Position numbers and translations under genes: made by a program. DNA of 60,580 nt, filler included, from Dugesia japonica (Eukaryota), in assembly GCA_001938525.1 (NCBI GenBank). It is 5 parts of 5 records of this genome, joined end to end, with 100 filler letters (N's around TTAATTAATTAA, not from the genome) between each part and the next. Parts side by side here need not be neighbours in the genome. Positions count along the whole stretch, not along the records: positions 51,562 to 60,580 come from MQRL01607561.1; 4 more parts are not named here. One strand, given 5' to 3'. The notes under the pieces were generated by a model. That model did no database searches. It was not told where the DNA came from and worked only from the letters and a program-made list of their open reading frames with translations. How positions within the stretch are numbered: the stretch's first letter is position 1; each line of letters begins with the position of its first letter. Of this stretch, positions 51,581-60,580 are shown in pieces.

Positions 51581-53010
51581 TTGGACCAGGAAGGGAATAT
51601 CGGTACACCCAAGAAACCAGAAGTTAACAGATCAAATTCACTACATAAAACCAAAACTCTAGAACCTATCAGTTCAAACAGTAGCCCAAGTGATAAAGAA
51701 AACAAAGCCGACCAAAAAGCCACATCTAATAAAACTCCAGGGGATAGTAATCGATCAAGTGGACTAAGTTATACATCAGAGGAACCAGAAATCGTAGAAG
51801 TAGCAAACACCAGCCTAGTAATCATCAACTCACTAATAGTACAACCCGACGAGGTAGAAACCGAGACATCCACATTAACAAAACAAAACCCGAAAATAGA
51901 AATTAATTTGGAAAAAGATAAAAATATGACAACTAAGACCGAAAACCATAGACCAGAATGGAAAATAAAATTCGACGGTGAATATTTTAGTGGAATCCCA
52001 GAAAAATTGGATGAATTTATACAAAATTACGAAATGTATGCCAAGACCTGTGGCTGGGATGAGGAAGCAAAAAGAAAACGACTACCGGCTTACTTAACAG
52101 GAGTAGCAAAAACTGTATTTTGGGATCATACTAAAGGCATGGAAGCCATTCCNNNNNNNNNNNNNNNNNNNNNNNNNNNNNNNNNNNNNNNNNNNNNNNN
52201 NNNNNNNNNNNNNNNNNNNNNNNNNNNNNNNNNNNNNNNNNNNNNNNNNNNNNNNNNNNNNNNNNNNNNNNNNNNNNNNNNNNNNNNNNNNNNNNNNNNN
52301 NNNNNNNNNNNNNNNNNNNNNNNNNNNNNNNNNNNNNNNNNNNNNNNNNNTTCTTAAACGGATTACGCGACGAAAATGCCAAATTAATGGTAAAATTAAG
52401 TAAACCAGTAACGCTACAGGATGCTTTAGCTACATTACGAATTGTAGCAGACCGACCATCGGAACGAATATTCAAAGTGGAAGGACAAGCCGAGGAAACT
52501 TCACCAAGGATATCGGACTTCATACCGAATACACAATCAATGATGAAAACCCTGACCCCAGGGCAGGAAAGGAATAACCGGAATGACAGACCAAATTATC
52601 CTAGAGGAAATAATGGAGGATTTAATGCACCACGGAATAATTGGCAAAACAATCGAGATATCCAATGCAATACATGCGGTAGAAGGGGACACATATCTCG
52701 CGATTGTAGAAGCAAAGGCAATAATAGTAACAACAACCGATTCTGTACTTATTGTAAGAAGACCAACCACAACGTGGAAACGTGTTTTTTGAAAAACCCG
52801 ACCGTATGTTATAAATGTAATAGAAGGGAACATATGGCAAAAGAATGTCAAGCCGGAAATCAAACCAATTATAATCGAAATCCGAATACAAATCTAGAAA
52901 ATCTCATGCAAGAAAACGAGAGATTGAGACAGCGAGCAAATCAAAACAAGGGTGATGAACCAGTTGCTACGATTATAGCACCCACAAGTACACGCCAAAG
53001 TACGGGCTAA
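51581..53010 (+). CDS. gag: Ty3/gypsy-type Gag
   Basis: KFDG...LDEFIQNYEMYAKTCGWDEEAKRKRLPAYLTGVAK capsid-like region; FLNGLR; three CCHC knuckles (CNTCGRRGHISRDC, CTYCKKTNHNVETC, CYKCNRREHMAKEC); spans an N-gap. Confidence 0.88.
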
Positions 53011-56000
53011 TTGGCAGAAAACGATATCAGATTACATTACCGAACTGTACCAGGAAACCTAGTTAGAGGATTATGAGTTCGAAATTCAATACGTATGGCA
53101 CAACAACCCAGAAGTCATTCCAAAACGGGTAAAATTACCACTAAAAGAAATGACGGTACGACATTTGAAAATAGCACTTAACAATATAAAGTGGGATAAC
53201 ACAAACCCATCTCTCGACTCACTACCATTTGACGAGCAACAACAATGGAATAGGAAGTGGAATAAACATCGAATACAAATAAACAATATTGGCATCAACA
53301 TTACTCCAGACGATAAGAATTTAATCTATTACGGGGCAAGACCTCATGAGATAACAACGATCAAGTTAATTAATTGGGGATTAGTATTCAGACCCCAGAT
53401 AGTAATTAAAGAAACAGATACAGGCGAGCTATATCATAATCTAGAAGAAACATTCCTAAAGGAAATTGTTCCCCTTCAGTCACAACCGTACATGCGTAAA
53501 AGATTGGGGACAGTAAGGTTAATGGACCATCTGGAATTGGGACAAATCGAAGCATCAAGATTATCACTAGCTCGGATAGATGAGATATTAGTAGCCGCCA
53601 AGAAACTCAACGACACCATCAGGAAGGAAGTATATTTAAAATTGACAAACCGTTTAGTGGAGCTTTTGGAAGTTATAAAATTGATAACCACGGAAGAAAG
53701 TGATTGGACGGAATGGTTACCAGTCCATTACGATTGGGTAATATCTAATATGGGATTATCGGATTATCAAGTATGGTTGTATAATCCGGAAGGTAATATG
53801 AAATTAACTCTTGCGGGATTAATGGTAGAAGATCTGGAAACTGCACTCAGTCAAGCCGGTCATACATGCGTGATGGATAAATACGTATGTACTCCAAGTG
53901 CGATAGTGGATTTTAATGCTCGAAAAAGACATATCTATGACTTTGGAATAAAGCCTGGAGAAGATATTGAAATCGTGATATTAGACAAACACCCCGGTAT
54001 CGATTACGACGTATGGGTAACAAAAACGGAAAGATCAGCCTTAGAAATCATGGGGGAAATGGAATATCTATATAAACAAGGAGTAGAGCCCATTAAAATT
54101 AAGATACTTTGCACAGTGCTCGGAAAGAAAGATAAACTAACGAAGGACGAAAGGAAACAATTGTTAATGACGCGTAATGACTTCCTCAGACAACGATTGG
54201 AGAGGAGAGAAGGTAAATGCAACATGATTCGAATGCAACAGATGCCTTCAAGGGAGATAATAGCAATGCGTAAAGTGGAGGAGATGGTTAACAGAATGCA
54301 GATGGAGAAGGAGAATTTACCCCGAGAAACCTATTGGATGATAATGAATAGAATCTACGACATATATGATGGACTAAAGATACCAGAGGAAGTCGAAAAG
54401 CAGTGGCTCATGATTAGGCAGAAGTATGCCGAAGAAATATTAGCGACTACCAAGATTCGGGACTATCAATTATATTTAAATATCGGTAAAAATGAACAAG
54501 ATTTGACGAGATACAGTCGATTGAAACCACAAGGAATCACCATGATGGATTTAATGGANNNNNNNNNNNNNNNNNNNNNNNNNNNNNNNNNNNNNNNNNN
54601 NNNNNNNNATGAATAGAATCTACGACATATATGATGGACTAAAGATACCAGAGGAAGTCGAAAAGCAGTGGCTCATGATTAGGCAGAAGTATGCNNNNNN
54701 NNNNNNNNNNNNNNNNNNNNNNNNNNNNNNNNNNNNNNNNNNNNNNNNNGGTAAAAATGAACAAGATTTGACGAGATACAGTCGATTGAAACCACAAGGA
54801 ATCACCATGATGGATTTAATGGATGCTGTTACGGATAAGTGGCGAGAACAAGGGTTAAATATGGTACCCCTATTTATAAATGGCAAATTGGTGGAAACGG
54901 ATGATGAGGATAGACATATATTCCAATGTCACGCCAAACCTGGAGAAATATGTGAGCTGGATGGGGAGGACGAATCTCGAACAATCCCATCACCGAATCT
55001 TAATGAAAGTATGGATGAAATAACAGAAATATATGTGACTGAAGTATTGGCGGGCATGAAGGAACAGATAAAGGAGAATCAGAAAATACAGGATATTGAT
55101 AACTTGCCAATAACCACCACCAAATCTGTTGTATTCCCAGAAGGGACACCCACAATACGTGATATTCGGATAAACTACACCAAACCGATAACGGAGGAAT
55201 CGGCCACGTTTCATGCTATTAATGACTTAATGAGAGTAACTCGCGAAACTCGCCCAGTAGTGGATATCAAAGTATATTGGAAAATGATGAATAATCTACG
55301 AGATTTAGCTACCTATGGTCAACTTAGCTTGTGGGCTAGAGCACAATGGTGGAAAGAGAAAAATTTATATGAAGAGGAAGTGCAAAACACCTCCACCATA
55401 TCGGATTACTCCATCAGAGTTAGCCTGCTCAACAAGGAAGGGCACATAAAAAAGGTCGATATGATAACATTGGAGGGATTAACGATGCGATACATTTTGA
55501 AACCGATAAAAAAATGGCTATGGCCAAAATCCATCAAATCTTATAAAATACAGGCTGGAGCAACAACAATCCTCTTAGCCAAAAAAGCAGATCACATCTT
55601 CTTGCACGATATCAAACCGGGAGAGATCACAGAAATCAAACTAACGCCACGTAAAATGGCAGTAGACCTTCCAATACCAAAAATGCCGGATACCGATCAG
55701 CTCATATTCAACATGATGAGTTTATATCTACAAGAGATATTGCCGATAGAAAATGAACGACTCATAAATACTTATGGCGAAAATAAAGCCCAAGTAAATA
55801 TGGTCCGGAGTGGAGATCCTGACACACCAGACCTAAGCTCAGACGAAGAAGAACAGGATGAGGGAATCTCGAAAGATATGGGCCAAACCCGATTGTTACC
55901 CTTTAAACCCGAATTCGCTGGTCCCTTCAGTTCTCCTCAGACGGAGCGGATATCGAAAATAATTGCAGACTTCTGTTATTTTCAGGAAAGAATACCGCGA

Positions 56001-57879
56001 GTAGCCTTTTGGAGAGCATTGAATTTATTGATGGATCTGACAAAATATACGGAGATAACTAAGGAAGACCGTGCCAAATGGGAATCGGTAATCACGCCGT
56101 ATATTGGTACAGTAAAGGCAAGCGTCCGGGGAAAAGATTTCCAAGTTACAATAGAATACTTGACGCCAAACAAGAAACCCAGGAAGGAACCGGAATTGGC
56201 GGTTATGCATATACCAAAATTCGATAGCACATCAGCAAGAGAATTACAGGAAATTATACAATCACTGGATATAAATGATCAACAGAAAGGTTATGCGATT
56301 ACTAGTGATCACCTAAGATTTCCGATAAAGTTTGAAGGGAAGCAACATCTAATGGACGTCGGGTTAAGGCCTGGTGAAAATACATTCCTTCAAATACAGA
56401 GGCACGAGGATTACATTCCAGGTCTAGTGAAATCTATGGGGGAAGTGATCCAACAATTAGAACAATTACACGAACAAGAAATCAACGGGGGGACAGTTAT
56501 TCGAAGAGATCGATGATAGAACAATGGAGATAAATATTGAACTATGGGAAGGCAGTAAAACATGGGGAGGTTTAGCGCGAGTAATAATGAAAATACTTTT
56601 AACATTAGAAGAAAACATGGAACTGTTACGACATGATAAAGTAATCCAATTAGTTCTCAAACTAAATCAACTACGAGCTATAAGCCAAATGCCCGAAGAC
56701 ATTATGGATGCGATATTAAATAAAGCAGTTCGAATGATAGCCAACGAAACAGTCAACGTAGTAATAAAATTTCCTGATGAAAGTGAACTTCAATGGCAAG
56801 TCCAGATGAATGAGCCATGGGCTAAGTTACGAAAAAGGATCGTAAAATTCATGAACCAACAACGCAATTTTGACGAGGAAGAAACTGGGACACAACCAAC
56901 AGTACAAGAAGACGATATAATACTCTATTACAACCAAGTAATAGAACCGGATCAAATGAGACTACCAGTAAAATATATGGGGGTTTGGCCGGGTACTAAA
57001 TTAAAACTCTACGTAACAGCAAAGGGGGAGAAGAGACCACGACCACGAGTCTCGGAAGAGAAATGGAAGCAGGAGGCGAGAGAATTGGTAGAATATTACG
57101 TAGAAGAAATACACCCCTTAGTATTTGCAAGAGCTAAACTCCCGAAGCAAGAACAAACAAAACAAAAAGTGGAAATGGTGGCAGCCTTGACCAACACCCC
57201 GGTCAAAGATGAAAAGCCGGAAGACAATTTGCCAAAACTATTCGAATTATTGATGGAGAATAAATTAATAAAGCCAGAAATTATCCGGTGGTGCAATGTG
57301 GTTCTACAACAAGACCTGACAAGAGAAGACCTCAGAAAATTGCGACGACTAATATTGGCTGTCAAAGCATCCCATGTTTGGGACCCGACTCAGTTTAACA
57401 AACTTCTGGTTAAGTGGCGGAAAGCAGAAATGGGCCAGGCCACGCCATTAGAAATCAAATTCCGGATAATCGACCCGGAAGGAGACAAAACCACGATTAA
57501 GGTACCAGTTTATTATACGGTAAAGCATATACGGGAAAAATTGCCGTTTAAGCCACCATATAAACTCTTAGACGACGAAGGAATAGTGGAGGACACCACC
57601 CCAATCGGACTGATGAAAATAGACTTAATCAAACCTAATACGTTGTGGATTTTCCCAGAATTAGGAGGTACCCTTACTCGAAAAGACGCAGACCCTAATA
57701 AAGCAGCGGATAAGACTCGACCAATAATGGGCAAAACTTCGGGTATGTTGAAGGATTATAAACAGCGAACACAACTAGCAGCTAGCCAAATATTGGCCAA
57801 CAACAGACCAATCAGGAAGTACCGAAGCGTCTCGGGAAACGAAAGGAACCCCCAAAACCAGCCAGGACTGGGAACGTGA
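52979..57879 (+). CDS. Repeat protein with ~7 ubiquitin-like domains separated by helical segments (part of a larger frameshifted ORF)
   Basis: Recurrent DY/DF-beta start and C-terminal signatures YGARPHE, FGIKPGE, CHAKPGE, HDIKPGE, VGLRPGE, MGVWPGT, DLIKPNT; ORFs 53150-54616, 54609-56516 and 56524-57879 abut. Confidence 0.6.
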
Positions 57880-58387
57880 AATATTCGGATCCCCATCAGT
57901 AGACGAGTCAGTGGACGACGAAAACGAAGTACAAATTACAAAATATTCGCCTCCAATTAGGAAAAGTGAGGAGAAAAAGGGCAAAAAGGTCACACCAACT
58001 AAAAAATATGACCCCACCAAGGTCGACTTGGATGAGGAAGACATATTGGAAGACCAACCACTATCACCAATATTAAGTAGAATAGCGAAAGAATTACCAT
58101 CGTCGGGGATGAATGATTTCATGGACGCAAACCATCCGCTAGACATGGAAAATCCAATAGCGATAGTAGAGAAAGAGACACCACCAAAACCAGTACGCAC
58201 CCGAGTAGATGCGGAAAGAATTACTGAACCACGTAACAGAGGGCGACCAAGAACGAAACCTCCCGGAAACCCAGAGGAAGAAGAAGTGTTAAAACAGAGA
58301 CGACTAGCAACATCAATAAACCATCAAACTAAGAGATTAGCAACGGTGTCACAAGAGAGATATCAAGAAAATTCAGTAGACGATGAC

Positions 58388-58790
58388 ATGCCCACAGAGG
58401 TAGTAATACGACAATTATTGCTAATGCTATATCCAGAACTGAAAATATGGATCGGTAAATTTCAATTATCCGATACCCTCCGACCATTAGCAAAAGAAAT
58501 CGAGGCAGCAATTAGGAAATTCCCTGCTACTAAAGGAACTAGTCATGGTACTAGAGATAACCTAGAGGGAGTAATAGATGAACTATTACAGGATTCACCT
58601 ACGAACGGAAGAGTAGTAGTATCTATTGCACACCTAATCAATCAGACACACTTATCAATTGCTAGAAGCAAGCCGTCAAAAAACTTCATTCTCAGTAAAT
58701 TGCCGATAGTGGACCTAATGCAAAACAAAATAGTGCCATTGATAAAGCAACAAGGTGGATGGAAAAAGTTTATTGAGATCATTTGTCCTA
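58388..58790 (+). CDS. Bcl-2-like domain within ORF 57911-59827
   Basis: BH3-like DTLRPLAKEIE, BH1-like VIDELLQDSPTNGRVVV and BH2-like LIKQQGGWKKF in canonical order and spacing. Confidence 0.7.
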
Positions 58791-58885
58791 AGCCACAACC
58801 ATCACATGAAAATGCAACTCGAGTAATAAAAATTGTTCGGGATCAGTTAAACGAAATAGAGAATGGATGGACACGTGGAAATTCG

Positions 58886-60580
58886 TGGCAGGCGTTAGCA
58901 ACCACGATACTCGTGTTGTTCTTAATGATGGGTAGAAGCGAAGCCATACTGGCGTATGACTGTGACAAAATACAGGTTGGGAAAGAAGTATTCTCGCTAA
59001 TAGATACAGAAGAATGCCCAGATGCAAACCCCGAAAAAATTTCACTTCGAAACAATTCGGTCTATCATCTCTATCAGGAGTCAGATTATTATAAAGCCCA
59101 GGTACGCGAGTGTGCGGTAACGGTAAGNACTTTCATATTTCATTGNGNNTATCATAGTTATNCGTCAATAATCGATCCCGGAACGGTAAGGCATCCGGTA
59201 CACTTAACCGGACAGCAATGCGATGAAGGATTTGCTACAGGGAAAATTACCATCAAACATGGTACTCAAGTTGTTGCCAAGAAAGGACATGTAATCGACC
59301 AACCTATCGAAGCAGCAGGAAGTATATCCACCCATAAGGGTAATTGCGAATATGGTACATATACTATACGAGGAAAGGTATGGCAATATGCAGTATCAAT
59401 CGAAACCTACACAGTAGAACTCAAGAAATATGAAGCATTTTTTAATGCTCAGGATTTGACGATGAAAAGAAGGTCATACTGCAAGGCAGCCGATGGGGCA
59501 TGCAATACAGGCACATCAACATTGACATACAAAGTAGATCACCAGGACTGTAAGTTGGCACACCTAAAAGAAGCCGTGTTTAATGAATATCAAGGACAAC
59601 GTGCAATATCGCCTACTAATCAAGCAACCCCAGCAGGTAATCTAAAAGATGTAATAGATAATTTCAAGGAAAACATAAAGACAGGCCCAAAATCATATGA
59701 CCAACAGTGNNNNNNNNNNNNNNNNNNNNNNNNNNNNNNNNNNNNNNNNNNNNNNNNNNNNNNNNNNNNNNNNNNNNNNNNNNNNNNNNNNNNNNNNNGG
59801 CCAAATAGTGTTCAAAACCAACTATAAAGGGATCTTTGTGTCCGAACACCGAATAAGAACGGCGAAAGCCACAGTAATATCAGAAGATATCAAACTACAC
59901 CTTTATACCAATAACAAATTGGACAACATATTTTATCGAATGCAAGATACCATCGGACGGATGTACCACGATCTCGTCCAAAATGACTGTACCTTAAACA
60001 AAGAGATATTAAAAACAAAACTAGCCATGGCAGTTACGAACCCTGACAGTGTCACCCCATTACTTCCATTGGAAAAAGGATAATTCGGTCGAGTAGTAGG
60101 AGAAGTGATGTACTTATATAAATGCAAGGCCATCGATGCAGAATTCTCGTCAAATCCAAAACACTGTTACAACGAAATAGAAATTATTCACAACAACAAG
60201 AAAAGATACGTACAACCCATTACGCGAATAATATCGCCGTTGGGCTATAGGCCGAATATCATAAATTGTTCCAACGTGTTTGGACCACAATACGTAATGA
60301 CGGACGGTTCATGGATAAGGTTCCCACAACGAATGTCAGTGGGAGTCGAACCACGGAAATTCTCGATGTTACGACTAAATGGAGGTATGGAATTTACTCC
60401 AATCGATATAAACAAAGGAGGGATCTACAGCAGAGAAGATTTAGAGAAAGCAAGAGAATATATGTTGTTCCCAGTCCGAAGAATGCATATTCTCTCAAAT
60501 ATCGTGCAATTAACCAGTGGAACCAACATCGACGGCCGAGTAAACTATGACGCGTTATTATCAGCGGACCACTTTCAAAA
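58886..60580 (+). CDS. env: Chuvirus-like (class III-type) envelope glycoprotein, runs off window
   Basis: Signal WQALATTILVLFLMMGRSEA/ILAYDC; SLIDTEEC; LYQ...VREC; AAGS...GNC; YTNNKL; GEVMYLYKC; CYNEI; PITRI; GGIYSREDL...MLFP; one in-frame stop at 60081. Confidence 0.85.

Larger units (their letters stand above)
51059..60580 (+). mobile_element. Large env-bearing LTR retroelement-like sequence (gag + giant accessory/env ORF, no pol in window)
   Basis: TG-starting segment at 51059 interrupts an older integrase; gag; long ORFs; envelope; visibly more G/C-rich than the host. The link between 51059-51461 and gag crosses an artificial gap linker. Confidence 0.75.

Noticed and set aside
54344-54823. 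Exact ~215-bp direct duplication in the repeat ORF
   Set aside because: Identical copies flank an N-gap, typical of an unmerged contig overlap; treated as an assembly artefact that also explains the ORF break
52131-60133. Many short minus-strand ORFs across the gag/env element
   Set aside because: Antisense shadows of long plus-strand ORFs; no motifs
60266-60550. ORF 60266-60550
   Set aside because: Wrong frame; the glycoprotein motifs (GGIYSREDL, MLFP) are in the overlapping frame continuing from 59799

Overview
Very AT-rich, gapped eukaryotic (animal-like) scaffold with short GT-AG introns, almost entirely filled by mobile elements and endogenous viruses. Host genes: the last four exons of an Mx/dynamin-like GTPase (28277-29397) and the catalytic-domain 3' exons of a PDE1-like phosphodiesterase (38483-48557). 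Main elements: (1) a near-full-length, decayed Polinton/Maverick (adintovirus-like) genome of about 15.6 kb (10580-26217). It has TIRs, pPolB, a pX-like protein, penton, adenain, a fibre-like gene, a GasderminX-like gene, packaging ATPase, integrase, parvovirus-type PLA2 and major capsid; several of these are missing from the ORF track. (2) A second, related Polinton remnant with a different gene order, split by a Ty3/gypsy element, inside the last PDE1 intron. (3) A penton from a third Polinton type, a 3-kb TIR element, and mariner, hAT, Penelope, non-LTR and gypsy fragments. (4) The most unusual object, at 51059-60580, is a gypsy-type gag followed, with no pol, by what reconstructs as one giant frameshifted ORF: about seven [helical bundle + ubiquitin-like] repeats, an AT-hook-like motif, a Bcl-2-like domain, a hydrophobic signal/anchor and a chuvirus-like envelope glycoprotein that runs off the window. 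All family calls are by-eye motif recognition, not database searches. Four TTAATTAATTAA linkers inside N-gaps mark artificial joins, so adjacency across them is unproven.
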